Shown here one piece after another: positions 1 through 8,844 of a DNA stretch of 64,000 bases. The position numbers and the translations under genes were made by a program. Under the pieces are notes generated by a model. The model searched no databases. It had not been told where the DNA came from and was given only the letters and a program-made list of their open reading frames with translations. Within the stretch, counting starts at the first letter, position 1; every line of letters begins with the position of its first letter. Origin of the DNA: a virus; the IMG/VR virus record IMGVR_UViG_3300015371_000029, positions 2,438 to 66,437 of that record; one strand, written 5' to 3'.

Positions 1-231
1 CGTACCAGTGTCCCTTGAATCCGGCGATGTCGTTGATGTCGTGTTGCATCCACGCACACTCGCCAACGGGATCCCACGATTCCGCCAACGTGTCATGAAC
101 TCTGACCACTCGTATGCGGTCGGGCGTCTCAGCATTGATCTCCATTCGTCGGATGACGAGGACATCGCCCGGATTCGGCTTAGGCAGATCGTCGCCGGGC
201 ATGAACGGGTTGCGAGTGTCGTCTTCGAACA

Positions 232-621
232 TCACTCGCCTCTGGGAACAGGCCGAAGAGAGATCTCGCCAACGTCATATGCCTGCTCGATGACGAATGT
301 CTCGTTGGTGCGGATCTCTCGCGCGTCGTAGGGAGCCTCGTCACCGTTGTCATGCACCACGATCACCCTCATCGTTGGTTCTGATTGGGGTTTCGTGAAC
401 GGCTGGACGAAGTTCATGCCGACGAGCGTGATCTGGAGCAGGCTTGGCGTGCCATCCTCGTTCCAGATGACTTCCAAGTATCCCTTGCGCGCGAGGCTTC
501 GCGCCGCCGAGATGACGGTCTGGTTCTCTCGATCAATTCCCTTGCTGTGTCGCAAGTCATCGAGAAGCTTCTTCTCGTATGAATTGACGTTCGGAAGCCG
601 ATACTCAGTCGGAAATTCCAT
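232..621 (-). CDS. hypothetical protein, possible winged-helix N-terminus
   Basis: ATG at 621 follows AAAAGGAGGGTGCCAT; start trimmed from the ORF track. Confidence 0.65.
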   Translation of the reverse strand: MEFPTEYRLPNVNSYEKKLLDDLRHSKGIDRENQTVISAARSLARKGYLEVIWNEDGTPSLLQITLVGMNFVQPFTKPQSEPTMRVIVVHDNGDEAPYDAREIRTNETFVIEQAYDVGEISLRPVPRGE

Positions 622-704
622 ATGGCACCCTCCTTTTGGTATGATAGCTGGATAGCTACCGGGAAGGGGCGCATCTCTGCGCCCCAACCGCTAGCTGTCG
701 AGCA

Positions 705-1130
705 TCAGACTCCTGTAGCAGACTCCTGCACCGGATCGCAGAACTCCTGAGCGATCTGGCGAAGATCCGTCAACTTGGCATAGGCCCCGTCGCCGCAAGG
801 AGCGCTGTACCTGATGTCGTAGCTCTCATCCGTGTCGCTGCGCTCCACGGTGAAGTCGCCGCGACCGTTGGCCGGCACTTCGTCCTTGGGCTCGTCGCCG
901 CCCTCCATCTTGGACAGCCGCTCGACGATGCGCTGGAACCGATTGACGCCGCAGTGCCACTCGTCGCTGCCGCTGACGGTGTCGTAGATCTGGTAGACGT
1001 CATCGTCCATGACATCTGTGCGGAAGTACAGAACGTTGTCCTTGCGGACAACGACGCAGTTCTGCACATAGTGGTCGCGAACGACATCGAACAAGCCGTA
1101 GCGGAGCACTAGCTCCTTGACCTTGATCAT
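705..1130 (-). CDS. hypothetical protein
   Basis: ATG at 1130 after AAGGAGGGTGCC RBS. Confidence 0.7.
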   Translation of the reverse strand: MIKVKELVLRYGLFDVVRDHYVQNCVVVRKDNVLYFRTDVMDDDVYQIYDTVSGSDEWHCGVNRFQRIVERLSKMEGGDEPKDEVPANGRGDFTVERSDTDESYDIRYSAPCGDGAYAKLTDLRQIAQEFCDPVQESATGV

Positions 1131-1206
1131 GGCACCCTCCTTGATAGGGCTTATATGGAGTTCGGAATTGAACTCCCCAGGGCGCTTACTCAGCGCCCCA
1201 GGCAGG

Positions 1207-1560
1207 TCACTCACGCCATTCCTCTTTCCAGAGTGGATCCACGAAGTCATCGACCATCAGAAGATCTGGCCAACAACTTTCTTGACCGGTGGTTCTCGCG
1301 GGTCCGTGACAATTGTCGCAGATCTGTTGCTCTTTCGGCGTCGTAGCCTTCATGAGCCAGAAGCCGTTGCACCAGTGGCAATCGTGCCCACGAACACGAA
1401 TGCCACTCTTCTTGAACTCCACGTAGCCACGGGCATACCGACAGGCATTTCCGTGACCAGGAATCCAAATCGAAGAGTGATCGACTCCGCATTCGACCTC
1501 GACATATGCCAGGGTCTGCATCCGCTCCGTCAACGTTTGTACGCCGACGACTCTCATCAC
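1207..1560 (-). CDS. hypothetical Cys-rich (CxxC x2) protein
   Basis: Overlaps stop of the upstream gene; CHWC and CDNC motifs. Confidence 0.6.
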   Translation of the reverse strand: MMRVVGVQTLTERMQTLAYVEVECGVDHSSIWIPGHGNACRYARGYVEFKKSGIRVRGHDCHWCNGFWLMKATTPKEQQICDNCHGPARTTGQESCWPDLLMVDDFVDPLWKEEWRE

Positions 1561-2108
1561 TTGTCCCGGCAGACCGGGCCGATGCCGAGCTGCCTAGACA
1601 GTTCGTCCGTCAACGTGCGGCCGCAAACGTAGCAGCGACCGATCTCGCGACCGAAGCGGGGGCCGGCATCGGGATCGTTCTTGATCGCTGTCAGGATGCG
1701 AGCCTTCTCGGGCTTCGCCTTGATCGGCCAACGAGCATCCGACGCCCAGACATCCACGAAGGTCGTGTACGTGCCCTTCTTGACGCTGTAGAACATCAGC
1801 GTCCCATCGGGCTTCGGAATTGCGTAACGACCGTCAGCCACTTCAGGCAGCTTACCTTCACTGTCGCTGTCCCTTGCTGCCCAGGGAAGAGGCTTGAGCG
1901 TGTCGATCACGTCACCGGCTCGCTTCTTGGGGATCTTGGCGAAGTCCACATCCGCGAGCCAGGCTCGTTGTTCCGGACTGAGCTTCGACAGATCCTTGCC
2001 GTCGCGCAGGCTGTTGAGGTAGGTCACCTGAGGTTCTGTCGCGAGCGGCCCGGTCAGTAGATGCTCCGGCACTGGCGAGCGTTCCTCCGAACGTTCTCTT
2101 GTAGTCAT
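1557..2108 (-). CDS. DUF6011-like zinc-ribbon protein
   Basis: C-terminal CYVCGRTLTDELSRQLGIGPVC; strong RBS. Confidence 0.75.
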   Translation of the reverse strand: MTTRERSEERSPVPEHLLTGPLATEPQVTYLNSLRDGKDLSKLSPEQRAWLADVDFAKIPKKRAGDVIDTLKPLPWAARDSDSEGKLPEVADGRYAIPKPDGTLMFYSVKKGTYTTFVDVWASDARWPIKAKPEKARILTAIKNDPDAGPRFGREIGRCYVCGRTLTDELSRQLGIGPVCRDK

Positions 2109-2255
2109 TGGTACCCTCCTATTGGTTGTTCGGACATAATGTCCAGACCGGGCAGCCGAAGCTGCCCGACCTGCGCATTACGCGCCGATGAAGGATGAAC
2201 TAGGAAGCTTGAGCCGTAGCCTGTACACTTCTTCGTTGGGCCTTCATCCCATGTT

Positions 2256-2535
2256 AAGCCCTGCCTAGCCGGACCGAGCCGAACCCGACCGAGGCCGGTC
2301 GTGCCGCGCCAAACATGCCGCGCCAAGCCGCGCCTAGTCAATGCAAGTCCAGCCTTGCCTTACCCCGCCGCGCCAGGACACGTTCGGCCGCACCTGGCAC
2401 GGCTTTGCCCCACCACGTCCCGCGCCGCCTTGCCATTCCTTGACAATGCCACGTCTGGACGCGCCTTGCCGTGGCCGGTCACGTCAAGCCCAGCACAGGC
2501 AATCCGCGCCTGGCCTGGACGTGCCCCGCCCCACC
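2256..2535 (-). repeat. array of 55 GGY-NN pentamers, candidate guide-like ncRNA
   Basis: Minus strand parses as GGTGG GGCGG GGCAC GTCCA GGCCA GGCGC ... GGTCG GGTTC GGCTC GGTCC GGCTA GGCAG GGCTT; 33/55 units start with exact GGY and 20 more differ by one base; two register shifts. Confidence 0.85.
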
Positions 2536-2539
2536 CAGG

Positions 2540-3262
2540 TTAGCCCTGAGCAGTTTCTTCATGCTTGATGCTCCGACGGTGATTGTCATGAGCATCTTCC
2601 TCAGTGCGGTTTCGACCCTTCTTGGCATCTCCTTCCGCAGGAGGCTTGTGATTCCTGCTGTTCGTGAGCTGCGCGAGGAATGAGCCGAATTCAGGGCGGT
2701 AGTCGCCCAGGCCATACTTCTGCGACCGCTCAACCACGAGATCGAGGAAGTCTCCATCGAGATCCTCAGGGTCATATGCGATCTCGGCTTCGAGGTTCCA
2801 TTGCTCAAACTTCGGCCGGGTGCGAGGCACTCGTCCCGATCCTGCTCCGGCGTTGGAGACCATCGCTGTGTAGCGATAGCCTTCATCCCAGAGCGACTTC
2901 TGATCGCGAGGGCCGTCATAGAGCAACGGGATCCTGTACTCGCAGACGACGAGTGATCGCTTGATCTCCTCGCCCTTGCGCCACTTCGTCGCCGCCGAAC
3001 GCAGCAACTCTTTGACGTTCTTGCTCGGAATGTACGGGCCGATCCCAGGATCGAGATAGATCCGCAGTTGCCATTCCAGTTCACGCAGACGAGCTTCGTC
3101 ATCGAGCGACTTTCTGCGCTTCTGCCCGAGCAAGTAGTACGCCCGGTACAACTCTGAGTCGCGATCAACCTCGCCGTTGCTCATGAGAAGCGGTGAAGTG
3201 CCCTTCAGGTGCAGGGTCGCTGTGGCGTAGCCCACTGGCACGATCCTTCTTAACCAAGACAT
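2540..3262 (-). CDS. stand-alone Cas7/RAMP-like RNA-binding protein (240 aa)
   Basis: N-terminal LHLKGTSPLLM strand, PYIPSKNVKELLRSAA (cf. RAMP YIPGSSxKGxLR), RPKFEQWNLEAEI, C-terminal G-rich loop GLGDYRPEFGSF; ATG at 3262 after AGGAGGGTGCCAT. Confidence 0.75.
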   Translation of the reverse strand: MSWLRRIVPVGYATATLHLKGTSPLLMSNGEVDRDSELYRAYYLLGQKRRKSLDDEARLRELEWQLRIYLDPGIGPYIPSKNVKELLRSAATKWRKGEEIKRSLVVCEYRIPLLYDGPRDQKSLWDEGYRYTAMVSNAGAGSGRVPRTRPKFEQWNLEAEIAYDPEDLDGDFLDLVVERSQKYGLGDYRPEFGSFLAQLTNSRNHKPPAEGDAKKGRNRTEEDAHDNHRRSIKHEETAQG

Positions 3263-3339
3263 ATGGCACCCTCCTATGGGTCTGATAGAACGCTGGATAG
3301 CGTCCGGCGGGGGAGCCATTTCTGGCCCCCAACCGCACG

Positions 3340-3525
3340 CTACATTGAGACCTTCTTCACCGAGATGACGAAGGCCCCTTCAGGGAAGAACGCGGTGACG
3401 CACGGTCGCAGTTCTCCATTCACGAGTTCTTGATCGAGACTCGTGAGGTCGGCTGTCGCAGTAGCCTTCTCGTTGCCGAGCAGCCTCTGCTCCAACCACA
3501 TGGCGAACTCCTCTGCCGTCATCAT
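3340..3525 (-). CDS. hypothetical protein
   Basis: Overlaps stop of the upstream gene; stop abuts a leader element. Confidence 0.6.
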   Translation of the reverse strand: MMTAEEFAMWLEQRLLGNEKATATADLTSLDQELVNGELRPCVTAFFPEGAFVISVKKVSM

Positions 3526-3980
3526 CCCCAGCGTCTCCGGAATGCCCGGAACTGGAACTCGCGACGCATCAGCGTCGCAGCATCTTCATCGACCTTTTCG
3601 TACAGGTCTCCGACGAGCGCCATGACTTCGAGTTCCTGCCCGACATTCGCCTCGGCGATGGCCCGTCTCTGGACTGACGTTGGACGACTGCGAACGAACT
3701 CGCGACCGAACTCCGTCAACTCCCAGAAGCCGGTCTTGCCGGCGATCTTGTCGATCACGCCCATCCGTCGCATGTACGCGAAGCGGATGGCTACGCAGTG
3801 ACGAGCATGCCAGGCCGTGTCTTCATCGCTCGCCGCCTTCGGCCAGATCGTCTCAGCGACTCTCTGGATGTCAACTTCTCCGTCGCGATTCTGAAGATCG
3901 TTGACGATGGCGAGTAGCTCGCGGTCACTGAAGTCCGTGATCCGTAGGCTGATGCTGCCGTTGTTACTTCCACGGGGCAT
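3522..3980 (-). CDS. probable winged-helix DNA-binding protein
   Basis: RFAYMRRMGVIDK...GFWELTEFGREF wing-like motif. Confidence 0.55.
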   Translation of the reverse strand: MPRGSNNGSISLRITDFSDRELLAIVNDLQNRDGEVDIQRVAETIWPKAASDEDTAWHARHCVAIRFAYMRRMGVIDKIAGKTGFWELTEFGREFVRSRPTSVQRRAIAEANVGQELEVMALVGDLYEKVDEDAATLMRREFQFRAFRRRWG

Positions 3981-4386
3981 AGGCGTGTCCGCCTCCTTGT
4001 ACGCCTCGGGTCGGACGGATCATCTCTTCCTCCCGCAAGTAGCGAAGGGAGGCATTGACCGTTCCATTGGCCAACCCGAGTTCGTTGATGAGTTCGCGGG
4101 CCGTCCAGTCAGGCTTTTTCGGACGGTCCTTCATGAGACCTAAGATGGTCTCAGCATGACGCTTGATCGCCGGTGTGACGACCAACGGCTGCTTGGCCCG
4201 GCTGGTCTGCTTCGACTTCGGGCCAGGCCTCGTGCCGTTCGCAGCCTTCAGGATCCGGTCGATGATCGCTTGCTCTTCCCGAAGGGAAGCGACATGCATC
4301 ATCATTTGGTCGATCTCTTCCTGAAGCTGATTGCGCTTCTCACGCAACGGTGCGATGATCTCGCTAACCGTCTTGTCTACTTTCAC
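3964..4386 (-). CDS. coiled-coil plus winged-helix DNA-binding protein
   Basis: N-terminal coiled coil; WTARELINELGLANGTVNASLRYLREEEMI HTH; RBS upstream. Confidence 0.65.
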   Translation of the reverse strand: MKVDKTVSEIIAPLREKRNQLQEEIDQMMMHVASLREEQAIIDRILKAANGTRPGPKSKQTSRAKQPLVVTPAIKRHAETILGLMKDRPKKPDWTARELINELGLANGTVNASLRYLREEEMIRPTRGVQGGGHAYAPWK

Positions 4387-4726
4387 TTGGCACCCTCCTT
4401 TTGTAGGCTATGCTAGTAGTGCATCTCTGCACCGGGAAGCGTTTCGTCTCCGAAACGCAACCGCTACAGAATTGTGTGGACGAGCAGGCAGAGAAACGAG
4501 GTAGGAGGATGCCATATTCTCAGGGCCTCGCTGTTGCTTCTACCTTAACCCTCTAGGACAATGTCCTTGGTGTGACTGGCAAAGAGCTTTGACTCATCCA
4601 CAGCTATCGTGCAACCTCCTAGTTTAGCTTAGGGCATCACCCGGCTTTCACCGTATGATACCCTCCGTCCTGCGGGCCTTATTGCCCCGTCTGGAGCGGG
4701 TTAGGCTCCAGTCGGCGCAGCAATGC

Positions 4727-5014
4727 CTAGATGCCTGCGCTTCTCTTGTTGGTGATCATCTCGCGAACCTCGACGGGATCGAGACCTGTGAACTCCCATT
4801 GGTCGTTGAGCCAGACGTAGGCTGCCTGGAAGGATTCGCCCATGTCGATCAGGCCGATGGTGTAGTCCCTGGTTTTCTCCCAGAGCCTTAGCCTCAGCCT
4901 CTCGATGTACAGATCGTACATGGTGCTCATGTGCGGGAAATCACCCTTGATGTCCCGAGCAGCCGCATCTGCTATCGCTCGTAGCAGTTGATCCTGATTC
5001 GTTGAAACGCTCAT
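4727..5014 (-). CDS. hypothetical protein
   Basis: ATGA coupling with the upstream gene. Confidence 0.6.
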   Translation of the reverse strand: MSVSTNQDQLLRAIADAAARDIKGDFPHMSTMYDLYIERLRLRLWEKTRDYTIGLIDMGESFQAAYVWLNDQWEFTGLDPVEVREMITNKRSAGI

Positions 5015-5229
5015 GAATCGAGGATCGACTTCGCATCGTTCTCCAGCCTGACGTACATGTCACGGATCTCTGACCAGTGTTCATGGTAGTGCCTGGCTGT
5101 TGCGCGTTCGTGCATCGTTGTCGCTGCGTCGATCTTCTGCCGATAGTCCTCGGCCTGTTGCGTTGCCTCCCGGCGTCGGTCGCCGATCAACCTCGCAATT
5201 CGGAGAGCCTTTTCCTCCGCAGTTTGCAA
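5011..5229 (-). CDS. hypothetical helical protein
   Basis: TTG start after AAAGGAGGGGTAC. Confidence 0.6.
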   Translation of the reverse strand: MQTAEEKALRIARLIGDRRREATQQAEDYRQKIDAATTMHERATARHYHEHWSEIRDMYVRLENDAKSILDS

Positions 5230-5345
5230 TCTGTACCCCTCCTTTGGTCGGTTGGAGCCGGTAGCTCCGGGCCAATGCCCCGAAGGGCAGAGACCCGCAG
5301 CACCCAGCCGGAGGGTATTTGGCGGGATGCGCTATGGAGGATGAC

Positions 5346-5960
5346 TTACTCCTCCACTCCTGCAATTGCCCTCAGCTGCTTCGTGATGCTGTCGTTCGAC
5401 GCGAGGTTGAACGCCTCTTCGTACTTGGCGAACGCCTCTTCCTCCAGGAAGTGCATCCTGACGTCCATGACCGGCTGTCCTTCCCTGGTCACGAGACCTT
5501 CCTGCTCAAGGATGTCCTCCCAGGTCGAATCGTCTGCCATCTCGCCGGAGATGCGCGGGTAGGGCATCCGATCCATGACCTCAGGGTCGCCGTCGTCGAT
5601 CTTCTGGAGCAGCTCCTTGGCTCGCTCGGCCTCGACGTCATTCGGCAGCCACCAGCTAGCAGCCGCCTCGCCGTCGTCCTTGCCGCGCTCGGCGGCAACG
5701 TGCTCGGCCCAGGTCTCGCTAACGAGCTGACGGATCGCTTCGACAATCGCGCCGAGATGACGCGATCCCTCGACCTTTCCGCCCTTCTTGTCGAACTGCT
5801 CGTTACAGACCCACATCGCCTTGGACGAGTTGAGCCAGTCGTACTTGACGTCGTGCGCTTCAAGGCCGTGGATGAACTCGTCGGCCATCTCTTTGATGAG
5901 CGGATCCTGCTTCAGCCTATCGACAACTTCTTGATAGTGCTCAGCTCTCATGCTGAACAA
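5346..5960 (-). CDS. hypothetical acidic protein
   Basis: 204-aa ORF with AAGGAGGGATAC RBS. Confidence 0.7.
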   Translation of the reverse strand: MFSMRAEHYQEVVDRLKQDPLIKEMADEFIHGLEAHDVKYDWLNSSKAMWVCNEQFDKKGGKVEGSRHLGAIVEAIRQLVSETWAEHVAAERGKDDGEAAASWWLPNDVEAERAKELLQKIDDGDPEVMDRMPYPRISGEMADDSTWEDILEQEGLVTREGQPVMDVRMHFLEEEAFAKYEEAFNLASNDSITKQLRAIAGVEE

Positions 5961-6044
5961 TGTATCCCTCCTTATTTTCTGGCTAAGTAGCGGGATGCTA
6001 CCGAACCGGACAGCGCATGTCTGCCCGATCCGCTAGACGCCTGC

Positions 6045-6317
6045 TTACGAAATGATCTTGATGATGTGGTACGGAAGATGGTCGCCCTGATGTCCACCGG
6101 GCTGAAGATGCTGCCAGATCTCAGCGCCGTCGTCCCGTAGCAACTCGGCGACACGGTTCAGGATCTTCGCGATCATCGCCGTCAGCTCTTCCATCGGATC
6201 ACCGCCGCCGACCGAAATCAGGCTGGCCATGTTCTGTGCGATGAACTCGACCGGCCGACCCTGCTCTGCTTCCTGCAGGATCAGCCAGGCTCCGAGCCTA
6301 TCAGCTTCTGTATACAT
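6045..6317 (-). CDS. hypothetical protein
   Basis: RBS AAGGAGGGTACCA. Confidence 0.65.
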   Translation of the reverse strand: MYTEADRLGAWLILQEAEQGRPVEFIAQNMASLISVGGGDPMEELTAMIAKILNRVAELLRDDGAEIWQHLQPGGHQGDHLPYHIIKIIS

Positions 6318-6381
6318 TGGTACCCTCCTTTTATTGGACGTGATGTCCGGCCCGCTCCGCTTCTACGGAGCGGTCCGCACC

Positions 6382-6585
6382 TCACGGTTCCAGGTGCTTC
6401 ATCCTGCCTTCCGGCCTCAGTTGCTCCTCGATCAGCATTGTCGTGAGCTTATTGCTCACCCGCTCGCTGAGTGGCGTTACCTTGAACGGGATCGTCCTGA
6501 TGAGAATGTCCATCAGGTTATCGACATCTGGCTGAGTCGCCGGAATCTCCGGTGATCCGAGAGCGATGACGAGGTAGCGGATCAT
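6382..6585 (-). CDS. hypothetical protein
   Basis: ATGA overlap with the upstream gene. Confidence 0.55.
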   Translation of the reverse strand: MIRYLVIALGSPEIPATQPDVDNLMDILIRTIPFKVTPLSERVSNKLTTMLIEEQLRPEGRMKHLEP

Positions 6586-7586
6586 GACGGCAGCTGGCCT
6601 TTCTTGTCTCCCCGAACCTGCTCGCCCTGGGGCACAATCCGGGCATCTGCTCCGGCCTTGCCGCCTTGAACGCGAGCCGACCAGTCGATGCTCCGGCCGT
6701 AGCGGTAGCTCGTTGCACGACGCTTCGCCTTGACCGGCTTACGAGCTGCCGAGCAACGCTCGCACTGGCAGTCGTCCGGATGAGGACGCAGCTCCGGGAA
6801 GTCATCGAACAACGCTTCCCGAGCCTGCTCGCGGATGTCACGAACGGCCAGGGCCATCGAGTTGCTAGACGACTCCTGCCGCTGACCTTGCATCTCATCG
6901 AACCGACGCTTGATCGTGGCGACGTAGCCGTCCATGAACGACAGCGCCCAGGTCGTTGGATGCATCCGGATCCGTTCCTCGTCCGGGTGATGCGCGGCGA
7001 GATGCCTGTCGTAGGCACGCTTCATCGCTCCCTTGTCGTTCGTCTTGACGCCGCCGGTGCCGTTCGGGATCACCCATTCGGGCCGACCGGCCCAGATGGC
7101 GATGTCCGTGTACTTCATGCCGGCGTTCTTGGCGTTGTAGACGTTGTGTCCAAGGGACAGTGACGGATCGAACTTCGGCTTCAGACGCAGTGACATCTGA
7201 AGGAAGAGGTCGGTGAAGAGCAGTTCCAGATAGCTCAAGTCCGACGGCATGCCGTACACCGCCTGCTTCAGCTCCTTGTGATTCCAGACGGAGCTGGATG
7301 TGTAGCAGCGGCAGAACGTGACGCAGTACGTCCAGAGCCAGTGGATCCTCTGCCGGACATCGTAGTCGATGCCCTTCAGCTCCGTGTACCAGGACACATC
7401 CATGTCACGGCGTTCTACGATCTTCGCCTTCTTGTCGTCATGGAGCAGAAGCAGGGCCTGGTCGATGGCATACTTCTCCATCAACTGGTCGGCCTTGGCG
7501 AGGAATGACTCGCGCTCCGCTTCGAACTCCGTGGCGTTCGCCTTGGCGATCAACCCTCGGACTCGTCTTAGGATGTCTTCAGACAT
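6582..7586 (-). CDS. DUF2786 domain-containing protein
   Basis: N-terminal ILRRVRGLIAKANATEFEAERESFLAKADQLMEKYAID. Confidence 0.8.
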   Translation of the reverse strand: MSEDILRRVRGLIAKANATEFEAERESFLAKADQLMEKYAIDQALLLLHDDKKAKIVERRDMDVSWYTELKGIDYDVRQRIHWLWTYCVTFCRCYTSSSVWNHKELKQAVYGMPSDLSYLELLFTDLFLQMSLRLKPKFDPSLSLGHNVYNAKNAGMKYTDIAIWAGRPEWVIPNGTGGVKTNDKGAMKRAYDRHLAAHHPDEERIRMHPTTWALSFMDGYVATIKRRFDEMQGQRQESSSNSMALAVRDIREQAREALFDDFPELRPHPDDCQCERCSAARKPVKAKRRATSYRYGRSIDWSARVQGGKAGADARIVPQGEQVRGDKKGQLPS

Positions 7587-7654
7587 GCGGTACCCTCCTT
7601 TAGTTGCTAGTGGACATGAAGTCCGAACCGGGCTTTCTCAGCCCGATTCGCACG

Positions 7655-7948
7655 TCATCTCTTCTTGGGTTCTTTCGGCTCGCTGCGTCGCCTCTCCATC
7701 TCCCGGTCGAACTCGGGCTGACTGCGGATGAAGTTGGCGCAAGGAGCCAGGCCGGGGCCGACACTCGCGATGACGTAATCGACGTTGCTGACCGTCGTCA
7801 TGCTGAGATAGAGCTTGCGACCCTCGATGACGATGCTGTCGTCGCCTGCCTCAAAAGCCGCGAGGATCGCGATGCGGTGATCGAACAGCTCGAACAGCTC
7901 GAATGTCTTCGGCTTCTTGTCATCCACTGGCGCTATGCGCTTTCGCAC
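7655..7948 (-). CDS. hypothetical protein
   Basis: RBS plus leader element. Confidence 0.6.
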   Translation of the reverse strand: MRKRIAPVDDKKPKTFELFELFDHRIAILAAFEAGDDSIVIEGRKLYLSMTTVSNVDYVIASVGPGLAPCANFIRSQPEFDREMERRRSEPKEPKKR

Positions 7949-8019
7949 TACGTTACACCCTCCTTCGCTATGGGCAGTATGCCCCGGAGAGGAGCTTAGT
8001 TGAAGCTCCTCAACGGCGC

Positions 8020-8220
8020 TTACCGTTTCTTGCGCGTCCAGCCTTCGCGCTTCTTCATGAAGTCGAGCGCAGCATCTCCCATGAGTATGTAGTGGTCGAT
8101 GACTTCGCCGTCCTTGATGATCTCGACGCTGTACTGCTTGTGATCGACGCGATCCTGGAAGGGTGTCGCGACGACCTGGTTGCCGGTTTTCGTATACAGG
8201 ATGACTGTCGTATCGCTCAT
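8020..8220 (-). CDS. hypothetical protein
   Basis: Overlaps stop of the KTSC gene. Confidence 0.6.
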   Translation of the reverse strand: MSDTTVILYTKTGNQVVATPFQDRVDHKQYSVEIIKDGEVIDHYILMGDAALDFMKKREGWTRKKR

Positions 8221-8513
8221 CTATACGGCCCCAGTTTCAGGCCTTCGTACTGGTTCCTGATCCTTGTGTTGATGTAGCGGCCCGTACTCGTGGAGTAGGC
8301 GGCAGCGACTGCTCGTTGCCGGCTTACTCCGTAGTACACATAGATCGCGTCGGACTTGTACTGTACGTACATGTTGCCGGCGTTATCCCAGCCGATCCTC
8401 TTCACATTGGAGCTGTCGATTTCTCGCCAGTTGACGAAGACATCCTGTGCCGGCCACATGCCGCCGCCGGGGATCCGGAGCGGCATCGAGTCGAGCTTCC
8501 TTGTGACAGGCAT
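8217..8513 (-). CDS. KTSC domain protein
   Basis: IDSSNVKRIGWD...YVQYKSDAIYVYYGV...STSTGRYINTRIRNQY. Confidence 0.8.
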   Translation of the reverse strand: MPVTRKLDSMPLRIPGGGMWPAQDVFVNWREIDSSNVKRIGWDNAGNMYVQYKSDAIYVYYGVSRQRAVAAAYSTSTGRYINTRIRNQYEGLKLGPYR

Positions 8514-8719
8514 TACTTCATCTCCCTGAACTCGATGACGAAGTGACGAACGGGGAGACCGGAGATGCCGTGCTTCGGCTTCGCCGTGAGCATCCATTCG
8601 TCAGCACCGTGGCTTTGGTCTATGTTGAACACATAGCCCTCGGCCGTACTGGCGTTAGTGATCTGCCTGAGGCTTCGATCAAGCCGTTCGACGACCCATT
8701 CTATCAGGTCTTCTGGCAT
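8513..8719 (-). CDS. hypothetical protein
   Basis: RBS plus leader element. Confidence 0.6.
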   Translation of the reverse strand: MPEDLIEWVVERLDRSLRQITNASTAEGYVFNIDQSHGADEWMLTAKPKHGISGLPVRHFVIEFREMK

Positions 8720-8844
8720 TCTTGGTACCCTCCTTGGTTAGGTGCGAGCGCACCGGGTGCCCACATTTTGTGTGGGACACCGCTACGTTCATTCGCGCAA
8801 CCCCCGAGGCTCCGGGGTTAGACAACTAGCCTGAACGGACGAAG

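Noticed and set aside
2256-2535. Canonical CRISPR array next to the RAMP gene
   Set aside because: No 23-47 bp direct repeats with unique spacers; the periodicity is 5 nt
2105-2568. ORFs 2105-2341(-), 2301-2543(+), 2341-2568(+)
   Set aside because: Arg/Gly/Pro-rich by-products of the pentamer repeat, no RBS; a 5-nt period does not fit codon structure
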